The notes: generated by a model not told the origin, from the sequence alone. A stretch of DNA of 64,000 bases from the human T2T-CHM13v2.0 reference genome, Homo sapiens (GCA_009914755.4 CP068257.2:17024001-17088000); one strand, 5' to 3'. Numbered from the stretch's first letter, positions 13,201-27,341 are shown. Numbers and translations are program-made.

Positions 13201-16200
13201 GTCCTTAATGGTATCTCTGGTTCTATGGATAGAACCAGGAGATAATCACATAAAGCAGATGTCAAAAAGAAGAGACACCTCTAGGGGAAGAGCAAGCAAT
13301 GTAAATAAATGAAATGGGGTGTGTTTAAAGAAATTATAGTGCAAGGGTTATTACAAATGGCAACTTGCAACCTCATTCTCATGGAAGAGATAATAGGGGA
13401 TGATGTAACTATGCCACTCTGCCTTGCATGATGGAAAACAGCCAAATTTCAAATCCACTCAACTTCTTACACATAGTTGACTGTTGTTCACTCTTCCCTT
13501 ATTGAACAAATCAAAAGAAATCTGTATTTTCATTATAAATATCCCATTTTAAAAAATTAGCATTGAATTTAAACTATTGAGTATCTCCCTTTGAATATAG
13601 AACCTGGGATTTTCCCCAAGCCTTATATACACAAATGTAAATAGAACTAGTGAAACATGGCCCTAAAACTAACCCCGGCCATAGGTTGAGGCTAAAGATA
13701 AGTAGTGAGCTGGCCCTGAACGTTTTACCTTGTTTGTAATGATTTAAATTAGAAGATACTCCTTTCCCCACCAAAATAGGGGACTTGTTGAGACTTGGAT
13801 ACATATCTTAGATTTAGGGAATTCTGATGAGATGGAAAAAATTCAGTGGATTGACAAAACAATTAGGTCTGTAGTATGTTTGGCCTAAGCTCTCCTCATC
13901 TTTGTTAGTTTTCCCGGAAATGGATTCAAAGATACTAAGTGGGTTATAAATGCCACTGTCTTTATCAGAAGATTGCTTGAATGACTAGGAATCCATGGAA
14001 AGACCACCTGAGGAGCCTAATGCTGTGCCTCATGTTTAATGGGCCAAGCTGTATCTGTACCGTCATTTTAAATGGAAATATACAAAGTTAAGAAAGAAAA
14101 GCAGCAACAGTGTTTACGACATACTTCACAGGTGATGTTTGTTCAGGGGTAAAAAATAGGGTAAGTGTAGGCAGATGGATTCCAAAGAAATCAAAAGCTT
14201 GTTTAAATGCAAATGTTCCCAGGAAGAAGAAGCATTTAGAGAAGAAATGATATATAAATAAAGTTCCTCTCAGCAGAATGTTTTCTTGCTCACGTTTACA
14301 AGAGGCAACCTCAGGTGTCTAATGGAGATATAAGGAAGAACTAAAAGTGGATACCTTTGTGAAAGGAGTTTTGGTGCCTCTAAAAGCCTGCTGTCTGAGA
14401 TACTTTATTTAGCTACGGAACTGAATGTGCAACCAAATTACAATCTTTCTTCTCTTTCAATTTTGTACACTGATCTTGACTTCAGGATTAGTTGACACTT
14501 CAAGAAATAAAAGTGCAATTTAGCCTTCCTTTTAATCTCCACTTAACTTCTGTGATAACAAGCAACTGCTTAGCAAGGTAATTAATGGGAAATTATGCTT
14601 TTTTATTGGCAACTTGGGATGTACTTCTGAAGAGCAAGACAGGAAGCACTGAATCATAATGTGGTACTAATTATTTTCTATCTCAGCTATTTTGGTCATA
14701 GCACCAATATGAGTCGGTAATCTGAAAGATGGGGAAGAGAATATCTCTTGGCCCACCAAGAGGACTTATTTGAGGGGGGAGAAGAATAAGTTAAATGTCT
14801 CCTATGTTTGAAGATACATGATCAAACACAAATCTCTTATTTTTTACATGTGGCATCATTATTACACACGACATACATTTGTTAGATCATTTAATCCCAC
14901 AGAATACAGTGTGACAATTGCTTAAGAAAAAAAAGAGATGAAATCTTCATACCTCACTCAGACTTTTCAGCAGTGGATTAAATGAATATTTAGCAAAGCA
15001 AGTTAGCAGTTTGCAAATGTGCAATTAAAATCCTGGCTCTTCTCTAATTATGTAACACAAGTTAAATGGTCTTAATAGACATATAATGATAGCTTTATAA
15101 ACCTATAGTTACTTATAATCAAATGTAATTTCTATTTCGGTTTTAAAGCACCCATTAAATGTCTATTATGATTTTTAAGTAATTTGGCAGACATTTAATG
15201 AATACTTTACAAACCTAAATAGTAATTATTTCAAGAGACAACTGTTAACATATAGGAGTAACAGCTATTCATTTGAACACATGGTTTAAAACTAATTACT
15301 GAGCTATTTATGCAATACCCAGTGGATTTACAACAAAAAGAAAATCATAATTTTATTGTAATCTTATCTCTTAAAATAGAAACAATTTTTTTCTAATTTT
15401 GTGCTGGGTTCTGTGACATAACCTGTCATCTTCCAAAAATGTAACACTGGTAAGTCAAATCTTTTCAGAATACCATGAATACTCCAGAAAATTAATTTTG
15501 TTCTGGGCAGAGAAAAAATGTATTTTATGCATTAATTTACTGTTATATTTTGGGTATGTTGCTAGGAGACTTAAATGAATAAAATTCAATGTAGACAGGT
15601 TCTTTCTTATTGCAAGTTGTAGGTGATGAACCTGTTTTCAATCTCTCAGCATAATGCTACAAATATTATCAAAAGACCACTATTTCTCACTATTTATAAA
15701 ACAGGTATAGGTTGGCAACATCTTTTCACACCTAAAATGCTTAAAATTCTTTAACATGACAGAATTTTATGTTACAGTACAGCCACTAAACTTTTCTCAT
15801 GAAACAGAAATTATTATTTTTGGCCCATGCAGCAGTTTTGAGCATTATAGGAGGACTTTACTGCCTATTTCATGGGTGATTCACATTAATTTGTAAAATT
15901 AAAATTGCTTTATTGTTTCTGTGAGATATAGGTATTTTAAGTCTGAATTTCCAACTCTGGTTGACGTAATTACACAAATTAGATAATTATTTGAAGGTGA
16001 GAAAGAAGTTTTCATACCAATGTGTATTAATATGTATTATATTTAAATTATCATTATAGTATTATGGAGAGTTAATTTCATAATTTAGTTTTTTTCATAT
16101 ACACTCTGTCTCAGCATTGTGGTCATTTGTGATTTTTCATATCCTAACCTGTCTTTCCTTTTTTGACAAGAAAAAATAATGCAATCATTCTCTCTCTCTA

Positions 16201-16596
16201 CTAGCTTTACTTATTTATCATATAGGTATATGTAGCATCCATAAAATAATACATGTGTGAGTCTATTATATATAAACAAAATAATTCATACAGAATTCTC
16301 ATTACATAAATATGTGTTTGATTTACTAACACCATTAATAACAGAACAGGCAACGTGCTTTCCTGAGTCTTTTCTTGAGACTCGACTGTTGGTCTTTTTC
16401 CATGTTCACGCACTAACATGGCCAAGCTCAGTTCTCTACTCAGTCAGAATGGCTAATGAAAGATGACTCTGTTTCTCTCTAAGATCCAGTCTAGATATAG
16501 CCATATTTAAAGAGGGTTCTCACTCCTGATTTATTCTAGTTCATCTTGGACAACAATTTAGTCTTAGAGAAGAGGGAAAAAATGCATCTCTATCTC

Positions 16597-17029
16597 AAGA
16601 ACATGTATATCTTCTTATTCTTATGAAATATACTAGATAGAAAAAAAAGAGAAATACAAAATAAAAACAGGAGTCCTAAAATTTGGATAGCCCAACCCCC
16701 TTTCGCAAATTCAATGGTATCTATAAAATTCATGCTGGGTTACAAATAAAATATAGTTAAATGAGTTATAACTTTATTTAAATCCATATACAAATAATAT
16801 TATAAACTAGAACATTTATATCTTCTTATTCTTATGAAATGTACTAGATAATAAAAAAGATAAATAAGAAATACAAATAGGAGTCCTAAAATCCTAAAAT
16901 TTGGATAGCACAACCTCTACTCACAAACTCAATGACATCTATAAAATTCATGCTGGGTTACATATAAAACATAGTTAAATGAGTTATAACTTTGTGTAAA
17001 TCCATATACAAATAATGTTATAAACTAAT
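16597..17029 (+). repeat. Local tandem duplication, 2 x ~212 bp, ~85-90% identical
   Basis: Copy 1 (16597-16808) and copy 2 (16809-17029) share aacat(g/t)tatatcttcttattcttatgaaat(a/g)tactagata…ggagtcctaaaatttggatagc…ataaaattcatgctgggttaca…agttaaatgagttataacttt…aaatccatatacaaataat(a/g)ttataaacta. Confidence 0.75.
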
Positions 17030-18151
17030 ACAGTGTGATGTTTAGAAAAAGCTAACCATTAAGTCTCTATTTATACTGCCTATGCCTTATGATGTTATAC
17101 ATTAATACAATTTTTAAAATAACAAGTAGTCATTTGTATACATGTGCTAGAAACTCAGCAGAGAGGTCTGTACTACATACACTGTGCATCAGTCTGCCAA
17201 GGATTGGCATGTAGATAGTGATGCCATATAGTGATGTGAGATCAAAAAGAGGTTGCATAGCTAAAGAAAAGAAGAATATCAAAGATAGAGTTCTATAATA
17301 TCCAACACCAAAAGTTCAGGAAATTAGGACAAGCAAGCATATGAGACTGGACAGATGTCAGAGGGGTAGGGAAAAACCAGGCAAAAATAGATGACTGGAA
17401 TCCAAATAAAGCCATTCTTCCAAAAAGCAGGAGATATTTAAACATGTTATATCCTATTGGTAGATCAGCTTAAAGATTAAGTATTAATCATTAGATTTAA
17501 CACTGGGAAATTAATTGGTAAACTGATAAAAGGAATACCAAAGTGCTACAATGAAAGATTGATGAAGTGGGCTGAAGAGACAAAAAAAAATAAAAAGAGT
17601 AAAAAATTAGTATAAGCTACTTTTAGTATTCCAAGGCATGCTCTTGTAAAGGGAAGTTAACAAAACCCAATCAATCAAACAAGCAGACAAAAACGGGGCT
17701 GTAGATGAAGACAGAATTGAAATTAAGAGAGCTTTTATTATAGGATGCAGATACAATGACACATTTATGTACTGATGGTAAGATCCAGGAGAGAGGGAAA
17801 ATTTGAAGATGCTTTAGAAAGAGGAATAAAACATCAAAGCCAAATTTTTATAGGTACAGCAAAGGGATGTAGTGCACAAAAATGAAAGTGAGTTGGTAGC
17901 TAGGAGTTTCATAGCTTATCCGCATGAACAAGCAAGCAAGGAGTTGGGCATGGTCTCAGGCGCTGGGTACATGTGGTAGTGGATCCTAAAGTTCTCTTGT
18001 GATTGATCCAATTTTCTTAGCAACATGGGAAGTGAGATCATTGGGTGATGTAAAGATAACTGTGGTAGTTCTGAATATTTGTGGAAAAAGGAAGTTTAAA
18101 ATAGCTTTCTAGGAGAGTGGAATGAAAAATTCATTGAAATGTGTAATTTAA

Positions 18152-18470
<319 letters not shown>

Positions 18471-18840
18471 GTGTAATTTAATTTCTAAGTAATAATGATG
18501 ACCAACTGTTCTGAAATTAACAATCACACATTTAAATTGAGAGCAATCAGCATGTGGTGTTTTGCTCCAATAACATTTACTTGCACATGCACATGAAAAA
18601 AGTAGTCAAAGAGTTGAATATTAAAGTGAGAAACTTATCAGATTTCTAAGGTAATGCCCAAAGTTTTCTGTGTGTATGCACATGTGCACGGGCAGGCATG
18701 TGTTTTGGTTGGCCTTCATCCACTGTAAAGCTTTATGTTGTGAAAATTTTCATATATTTTATAATAAGATATTCTGGAAGAAAAATGATGGTAGCTTAGT
18801 TTTGAATTTTCCTGCTTCTCTTCTAAAATTTATAGGGGGA

Positions 18841-19260
18841 TGTATTAGTGTCCTAAGACTATCGTAACACGGTATCACAACCTGAATAGTTTAAGCAACA
18901 GAAATTCACTGTCTCACTGTTCAGGATGTTAGATGTCTAAGATCAGGTCTCAGCAGTGTTGATTTCTTCTGAGGGCTCTGAGGGAAGAATCTGTTTCAGG
19001 CCTTATGCCTGGGCTTTTAGATGGCCATCTTCACCGTGTACTCCTTCACATGGAGATGTGTGTATGTGTGTGTGTGTGTGTGTTTCTCCAAGTTTCCCCC
19101 TTTTCAGTCATATTAAATCAGGGCAGAACTTATGATCTCATTTTAACTTGATTACCTCTGTAAGACCCTATCTCCAAATAAGGTCAGTTTCTGAGGTACT
19201 GAGGATTATGACTCCAACATATGAATTTCGCCGATGGCACACAATTCAATCCATAACAGG
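18841..19260 (+). mobile_element. MaLR LTR, MLT1-type (solo), plus orientation
   Basis: Shows MLT1-like architecture: tgtattagtgtcctaag…tcacaacctgaatagtttaagcaacagaaattcactgtctcactgttc…tctaagatcaggtctcagcag…cttataag…attagggcccacc-like…tttaacttgattacctctgtaagaccctatctccaaataaggtcag…ctgaggtactgaggattatgactccaacatatgaatt. Subfamily not assigned. Confidence 0.55.
19056..19083. repeat. (GT)n microsatellite inside the MLT1-type LTR
   Basis: tgtgtgtatgtgtgtgtgtgtgtgtgtg. Confidence 0.9.
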
Positions 19261-19975
19261 CAAAGTGTTGCATTGCTATGACACAAAGAGACAAGGAGGG
19301 AAGAGAACTTAGAAATCACCTAATAAAATGCGCTCCCAGGAAGAAGATGGCATCATATAGCGTAGGAACCAACGTGCTCAAAGCTGAGCTGGAACAATGC
19401 ATCAGTCAAAGAGTAGACAAACAGAAATGCAGGGTGTGGAAGAGGGAGGAGGAGAAGACAAAAATTTAAAAAAACAGAACTCTAAAATGCCACCATAGTA
19501 AGTGTATTAAAATAAAAATTTAAAGCCTCTAACTATGGTAGAATAACCAGATGTGAACTTGTCTGTTTGCCTTACAAAAATAGGAAACAGGATAAAACGT
19601 AGAACTAATAAATTGTCAGATATTTTACCATAAGCAGCACAGAACTATGAACTCTAAGAGAAGAGAGAAAATTGATGTAAGTTCGGTTATTACTCTGACT
19701 TTCTGTCTGAAGGGATTTTCTTGAACTTGATGCAGAGAGGTATCCAAAGCACAGCATGACAATCTCCTTGATATGAGGAGATAGAGATAGAATTTCAGAC
19801 AGGTGGGTTTGGCTGGAAAATTGCAGAGCATGTATTAGAAAGAAGTATGATGTACAGACAATGGCTTTTATCTGCTTCAATCTGTTGCACAATGTAAACC
19901 ACACATGCCGTGGATGAACATCTAGTAATAGTGTATAGAAAATCAAAGATAACTATGTTCACAGATTTCTCATTA

Positions 19976-20345
<370 letters not shown>

Positions 20346-21648
20346 GAAACTATGCCAGGCAGTAGACAATAAAATATCTTTGAAGTAGGAAGGAAAAATA
20401 ACCATCAATCTAGAATTTTATATAGAGTAAAATATCTACAACAAATCAAGGTAAAACTGATACTTTTCCCAACAACAAAAGTTAGAGGAATTTATCACTA
20501 ACTAAATTGAACTAGATGAACTATTACAGTTTTTAAGCAAGGAAGCTGTTATTTGATGGAAGCTAAGGTATACATAATCAAACAATGATTACCAATGTAG
20601 AAGTTTCCTTTCATTTTCTGAAACCGTTTTTGGGACATAACACGCTGCTTATACTGTGTGTTTATATGGTACAGTATTATGTTAAAATAAACTAATAACA
20701 TAAGGATATATATTGTGAACACAAAACAACCATAAAAATAGTTATAGTTGATTAACAGTATTTAAAATGAAATACAAAAATAATAAAAGACTGACAAAGA
20801 GCAAGTAAAAAGCAACAACAAAAATAGATGGAATAAGTAATAAGCAAGGACAAAAAAAAAGAACTATTGTTCCTTCTTTCTTTTCCTTTCCTTCTGTGTC
20901 ACTTTCAGCATAGGTAGTTAAATAATGCAGTAAAGTAACAGAGAAAATAAATTATGTAATAGGGTTCCATGGTTGTTTGTGTTTATTGGAAAGTCACTGC
21001 TTGTTTGCAATTGAATTGAGTTCTGGTTTTGAATGGAAAGTGTAGCCTCTTGGAGTTGTCAACCTTGCTCACTCATTTATAGACATAAAATGCTTATCTT
21101 GTACTCAGAGTCTTGCTGAACTTTCAAGCACTGTGGGTCCACAAGAATTCTGCGTTCACGTGGCATCACAAACGCTGTATGTGAATAGAACAGTAAGAAA
21201 CTGAACATGTATATCACAGACATCTCTGCTCACACTTGTACTCAAGTGTCCCATCATACTGCACTTTTAAAACACAGAGGTAAAATTATTTAAAAATTTA
21301 AGGCAGTAATAAGAGAGTGTTAAATCAAAAACAGGGCACTTCTGAGCATGAAATCTTGTATGACTGTACAAGGTACAGTGCATGAAGCTGGCCCTACATG
21401 AACAAAACGAATTATTTCCTTCTAAGTTCTAGAACAAAGTAGAGATATCCAGTCTAACCACTGAAATTCAATATTGCATCAACATTCTTGCCAATGCAAT
21501 ATGAGAAAGATAAAAATTAATACAACACATGCCATTAGTAATAACGTTAAAAACATGAACACAGGAATAAACTTAGCATAATGTATGCCATACCTGTTTA
21601 CTGAAATCTTCAAAACTTTGCTGAGAAAAATAAAACAAGATCGAAATA

Positions 21649-21728
21649 TTAAGATTGGTGTGAAAGTAATTGCAGTTTTTACGATTGAAAGTAACGCAAA
21701 AACTGCAATTACTTTTGCACTAACCTAA
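21649..21728. mobile_element. MADE1 (Hsmar1-derived 80-bp palindromic MITE)
   Basis: ttaagattggtgtgaaagtaattgcagtttttacgattgaaagtaacgcaaaaactgcaattacttttgcactaacctaa matches the MADE1 consensus ttaggttggtgcaaaagtaattgcggtttttgccattaaaagtaatggcaaaaaccgcaattacttttgcaccaacctaa. It is nearly perfectly self-complementary. Confidence 0.85.
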
Positions 21729-22400
21729 TATATTGCAATGTATAATGTGATTACAGATTGGAAGGCTTAATGTTGTTATGATAGTATCTCTCCCCAAATT
21801 GATCTATATGTTCAATGCATATTTAAAAAACAATTGTAGCAAAGTTCTTTGTAGAAATTGTTAAGCTAATTCTAAATTTTATATGGAAATCCAAAGGACA
21901 TATTATATACAAAATGATTTCTAGGAAGAAGAACAAAATTAGATGAGCAGCACCTTTTTCTTCCAAGACTCCCTATATACTCCTTTTAGGCACCAGTCAT
22001 AGAGGTAGTATGGCTGAGGTTTACAACTGGATGTATAGATAATGGAACAGAATAGAAAATCCAGAAACATGTCATTTTTTATGTGCTTAAATTTTTGAAA
22101 GTATTTCCATGGTTATTCAATGAGAAAAATTATAGTCTTTTAAACAATTTTATCCCAGAGGGAATGTAAGTATATTTAAAGACAAAAAAGAAACCTTAAC
22201 TTATAACATGTCTGCACATGCTCATATACAAGAGGTATACAAGAATAGATGGAAGAGGAGTAAGATAAAAATACCAATTAAGGCCTTTGGACTAACAAGT
22301 GATGGAGTCTTTTTTTCCTGCCACTAACACTTTTCGTATAACTTTTTCCCCTAGAAATTGTAACTAGCCACAATTTGAAAATTAGAGATTGACAGTGAAG

Positions 22401-22778
22401 TGTATTAGTCAGTTTTCATACTGCTGATAAAGACATACCCAAGACTGTGTACTTTATAAAAAAGAAGAGGTTTAATGGACTCACAGTTCCAGGTGGCTAG
22501 GGAGGACTCACGAACATGGAGAAGGCTAAAGGCACGTCTTACATGGTGGCAGACAAGAGAGAATGTAGACAGACAAGTCTACATTGTCTTGGCAGACAAG
22601 TGAAAGAGGAAATAAATCATCAGATCTCGTGAGACTTATTCACTAACAGGAGAACAGTATAGGAGAAACCATCTCCATGATTCAATTATCTGCCATGAGT
22701 CCCTCCCACAACACGTGAGAATTATGGGAGCTACAATTCAAGATGAGATTTGGGTGGGGATGCAGTCAAACCATATTA
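22401..22778 (-). mobile_element. THE1-type MaLR solo LTR, minus orientation
   Basis: Reverse complement of the THE1 LTR (tgtattagtcagttttcatactgctgataaagacatacccaagactg…ggtttaatggactcacagttcc…gtcttacatggtggcagacaagagag…atctcgtgagacttattcactaac…ccatgattcaattatctgcc…cacaacacgtgagaattatgggagctacaattcaagatgagatttgggtgggga…aaaccatatta). No internal sequence is adjacent. Confidence 0.8.
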
Positions 22779-24069
22779 GTAAGTCTCCCCTGCATTATGG
22801 TGTACTGTTAGTGTGTCACTCATATCATATCAGATTCCTTAAACATTTGTTTGCATAAAGTCCCCATGTGATTCTATTCCCCATAGTAAGTACCTGCTTC
22901 TCTAGCACCATGTACTATGTACTATGCACAAGTAGCCAGAATCAGATTTGTCTACAGAATTGGAGAACTATTATCTCCGAACTTTTGTTCTCCTGCTAAC
23001 AGCTCTTAAACATTGAGAGATGTGTGTAGAGGCTTAAATACTCCAAGCGCTTTTTCTCTAATCAGGAATAGACTATTTTTGAAGGATTGAGTAAAAGCTG
23101 TTCTTTGCAGGACTTTTCTATTATCATACTCATTTTTGGACTCCTCTCATGTCCTGTCTCATTTCCCCATGTGGTTATCAACTTGTCTAGGGATAATGTA
23201 AAATAACACATATCATGCTGGTCTCAGGACAAAACTCCATTTATTACAGTTGGTGCAAAACAGTCAGATTTTATGCCTATGATGCTGGTATAATTATTAT
23301 ACCATGATATTGACCCATTTCACTCCAAAACCCCTTCTAGTTTGTATAATAATTTATACAGTCATCATTTTATAATGTGAAATAGTCACAACCACAACCA
23401 CATTCTACCCAGGAGAGAGAGTGTAGAAAAATCTATGATAATTTAGGAAAGAAAGAGTCAGACAAAGCAGGTGCTCTTGAAGTTTAAAAACAAAACACAT
23501 TTTGAACATGCAAGAAACTTTGTGAATACTGTTTGCGGAAGCCTCCTTGACAACATTATGAGGGGATGAACTCCAGGTGGAAAGGAGTAATTGCTATTTA
23601 ACAAATAAATGAAAGAAAGGCTAAAGTTGACAGAATAGATTATATATTGTATATGCTCTGATAATGTGGAAATAATTCATCTAACACAAAACGGAACAGA
23701 TGGCTTTGATAAGAAGATAAAAAATAAAGTTAGTTTTCTGATTACATCATCGTAATTGCTAGATGTCAAAGGGTATTATTTAAAGCTACAAATCAAATAG
23801 TAAAAGATCAAGTCTATTTAAGGAAACAATGAAAAACACTCGAAAGTTATTGATATCTATTAAATGTGGGTGATGGTATCCTGGAAAGGGGAAAGGAAAA
23901 CTATACAACTTCATGTTCATGGTGTTTAAAAGAATTGAAGAAAAAGGATATTTTACAAACGTAAAATCATTCATGCAATTTCTAGAGCAAAATTATAAAC
24001 TTCCCTAAATATTAAAAATACACCAAAAGAAAAAATAAAAATAGACACCCATACTGAATATTTCATACA

Positions 24070-24640
24070 TTGTGATGGTTAGTTTTTGTGTGTCAACTTG
24101 CCTAGGCTATGGTATCCACTTCTGTTAAACACTAATCTAAATACACCAGTCTGGATGTTGCTGTCTGATGAGGTTAACACTGATGATCAGTAGACCTTAA
24201 ATGAAACAGATATCCTCCATAACGTGGGTGAGTCTCACCCAATCTGTTGAAGATCTTAAGAGTAAGGATTAAGGAAGAAATGGGATCCTCAAAATTTGAA
24301 TGGGTCATCTGAAAATACTATAAATGAAGAAAAGGGAATTGTACTCTTAAATTTTACTGAATTTTAGAAGTGTCCCTTTCACCATCATTTAGAGATTAAA
24401 CCTGCATTGACTGAGGAAACTGTAATGCCCCGTCCCCAGGTAGTTTCCTTGCAAGATGCTGTTAATCCTCCTCAGCGCCCCCCTCCCACGACTCTTTTAT
24501 TCTAGACTTGTACCTAGACTCAAGTTCTAGCAGAAAGCTGAGGTCGAAGTGTACCCCATGAGTAGATATGCCAGAAGCCAAAAGAACTACATAATTTTTT
24601 CAATTTATACACACAGAAACCCTGGGAATATGTGAGAAAT
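24070..24640 (+). mobile_element. ERVL-type LTR (MLT2-like), plus orientation; 3' boundary approximate
   Basis: Starts tgtgatggttagtttttgtgtgtcaacttg…, then gtgggtgagtctcacccaatctgttgaagatcttaag (compare MLT2 tgtgatggttaattttatgtgtcaacttgactggg … aatgtgggtgggcctcatccaatcagttgaaggcctgaatag). It lies directly upstream of the ERV internal fragment. Confidence 0.55.
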
Positions 24641-25671
24641 AAGTATTAAGGTTGTGGGATAGTAGGAACATAACGTTGGATCTGGCTAAATTTATTGATA
24701 CAGGCCAGCTAAGCAGAGATCCTTCATTTAATAGTGCAGCATGAGGGGTTAGAAAAAGATCTAACAGTTTAGTTGATTGGTTCAAACAAAAGCTGGTCTA
24801 CACTACAAATGAAATTGAAAATTTCCGATTATTTATTCCTGACCTAGAACTCTTTCTTTAGCTTATACAGATCAGGTAAGAATTTAGCACACTCTCCATC
24901 TATTCTACCCCTAGGGACACCAAGATCAATTAGCCAATTCCATAAGTTATCTGTGAGTCGGACTATTTGTCTAATTGATCTAGGTCAAGAAATAGGAGTC
25001 TAAATTGAATCATAAAAGCAGAAAGCGCACCTCTATCAATTCCCAGAATGGAGCCAATTACTGATCCAGAACTCCTTGAATGAAAGGGAGGCCAGGTTCC
25101 CTTGAGGAAGGACTTCGCTATACTGCCAAAAAAATTTATATCATTAATCTTTCCCCATCCTTTCCAAAAGGGATGTATAGCCTTTTGTCAGGGTGACTTT
25201 GCATTAGGAGAAAAACAAGTAATCAATACTGAACATTGGATCCAAACTGATTCCAGGAGACCTAAAACATTGCTGCAATATATCAGAGTAGGGGCTTATA
25301 GGTCAGTTGAATAATGGAGTTATAGCCAAGGTGCATTTTACAGTTGGTCCAGTGGATCCCTGATCCCATCCTATGGTTATTTTCCCAACTCAGAATGTAG
25401 GGGTGCTGATATCCACCACATGCCCATTTAACTTGCCTATTTGCTTGTGCAGAAAACAGATGGATCTTGGAGAATGACAATGAATTATCATAAGCTTTAC
25501 CCACGTGGTAACACCAATTACAGCTGTTGTACCAGATGTAGTTGCATTGCTTGAGTGCATTAACGCATGCCCTGGTATCCGGTATGCAGCTATTGATATA
25601 ATACGTGCTTTTTCCTTTTCACCTGTTAGTAGAGTCCACTAAAGCTGTTTACGTTCAGCTTGCAAAACCAC
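24640..25671 (+). pseudogene. ERV class III (ERVL-like) internal fragment: decayed protease/RT (pol) region
   Basis: Frameshifted reading frames give WRMTMNYHKLY (the RT WRMxVDYRxLN motif). Then, after a frameshift, VVTPITAVVPDVVALLECINACPGIRYAAIDIIRAFSFSPVS appears (compare ERVL RT VVTPIAAAVPDVVSLLEQIN…WYAAIDLANAFFSIPV). It is disrupted by stops. Confidence 0.6.
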
Positions 25672-26413
25672 AATATGCCTTTATTTTCATACCTCAGGAG
25701 AATATTAACTCTTCAGCCCTATGCTAAAGTTTAGTCCACACCACAATACACATTTATTTTCATACCTTAGGAGAATATCAACTCTTCAGCCCTATTCTAT
25801 AGTTTAGTCCACACCACAGTACACTTTTATTTTCATACCTTAGGAGAATATTAACTCTTCAGCCCTATGCTGTAGTTTAGTCCATACCACAGGACACCTT
25901 TATTTTCATACCTTATGAGAATATTAACTCTTCAGCCCTATGCTATAGTTTAGTCCACACCATAGTACACCTTTATTTTCATATCTTAGGAGAATATTAA
26001 CTCTTCAGCCCTATGCTATAGTTTAGTCTACACCACAATACACCTTTATTTTCATACCTTAGGAGAATATTAACTCTTCAGCCATATGCTATAGTTTAGT
26101 CCACACCACAGTACACCTTTATTTTCATACCTTATGGGAATATTAACTCTTCAGCCCTATGCTGTAGTTTAGTTCACACCACAGTACACCTTTATTTTCA
26201 TACCTTAGGAGAATATTAACTCTTCAGCCCTATGCTATAGTTTAGTCCACACCATAGTACACCTTTATTTTCATATCTTAGGAGAATATTAACTCTTCAG
26301 CCCTATGCTATAGTTTAGTCCACACCACAATACACCTTTATTTTCATACCTTAGGAGAATATCAACTCTTCAGCCCTATGCTATAGTTTAGTCCACACCA
26401 CAGTACACCTTTA
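25672..26413. repeat. Minisatellite, 73-bp unit x ~10 copies
   Basis: The motif cacaccaca(a/g)tacac(c/a)tttattttcataccttaggagaatattaactcttcagccctatgctatagtttagtc recurs with exact 73-bp spacing (cacaccac at 25737, 25810, 25883, 25956 …). Units are ~90-95% identical. The first unit is the most diverged and continuous with the ERV flank. Confidence 0.9.
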
Positions 26414-26870
26414 TGACTTGGCAATGCAGGCTCTTTTTTGGTTCCATATGAACTTTAAAGTAGTTTTTTCCAATTCTGTGAAGAAAGTCATTGGTAGCTT
26501 GATGGGGATGGCATTGAATCTATAAATTACCTTGGGCAGTATGGCCATTTTCATGATATTGATTCTTCCTATCCATGAGCATGGAAGGCTTTTCCATTTG
26601 TTTGTGTCCGCTCTTATTTCCTTGAGCAGTGGTTTGTAGTTCTCCTTGAAGAGGTTCTTCAATCCCTTTTAAGTTGTATTCCTAGGTACTTTATTTTCTT
26701 TGTAACAATTGTGAATGGGAGTTCACTCATGATTTGGCTCTCTGTTTGTCTGTTATTTGTGTATAGGAATGCTTGTGATTTTGCACATTGAAGAAGTTGC
26801 TTGTCAGCTTAAGAAAAACCTCCTGAGACGATGGGGTTTTCTAAATATACAATCATGTAATTGACTTTAT
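26414..26870 (-). mobile_element. L1 LINE ORF2 fragment, minus orientation
   Basis: Reverse complement of L1 ORF2 (ttccatgctcatggataggaagaatcaatatcatgaaaatggccatactgcccaaggtaatttatagattcaatgccatccccatcaagctacc … ggaatgcttgtgattttgcacattga … gagacgatggggttttctaaatatacaatcatg). The ORF-track 83-aa ORF 26411-26662 ([24 protein letters not shown]…) is L1 ORF2 protein. Confidence 0.8.
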
Positions 26871-27341
26871 TTCTTGGTCTTTAAAGATACTGGACACAGC
26901 CACTGCATAGAAATTCCAAAAAAAAAGCGTATGCTTCTCCTCATATATAGCCTATCAATTTCAAGTAGCAAAGAAAATGGAAGACATTTTTATTCTTCAC
27001 TTTTCTCAGTTGATCAGGATTAATAACTAGAAAATGAGTATTCTGCTTCCCTTCACACATGATATGCATTTGATGGGATAATTAGATCAACATCACTCTT
27101 ACTTTCTACAGTCATTGTGACTGCATTTGGGAAGAGAAAATGTGCCAGTACAAAACCATATTGCAGTATATAAATACAATTGTTTTATTTATTTCCTAGT
27201 TACAGAACTGTGAAACATATTCACTGTCAACTAAATACTAATGATTATGACAGTTTTTCCCTGACACAATATTTTCCCAGATACATATGATCGTTTATTG
27301 TCATTTTTAACATTTTCTTATAACGATTGTTGATTGTAGCC

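Noticed and set aside
19605-19946. 113-aa minus-strand ORF in non-repeat DNA
   Set aside because: No start-context, splice-site or codon-bias support that I can judge by eye. It is AT-rich, ends near the Alu at 19985, and its length is within the chance expectation for 64 kb of six-frame translation. It cannot be supported as coding.
25672-26413. Regularly spaced 73-bp direct repeats that could superficially suggest a CRISPR-like array
   Set aside because: The units are contiguous with no unique spacers, the context is primate DNA between an ERVL and an L1 fragment, and unit length and purity are typical of a minisatellite.
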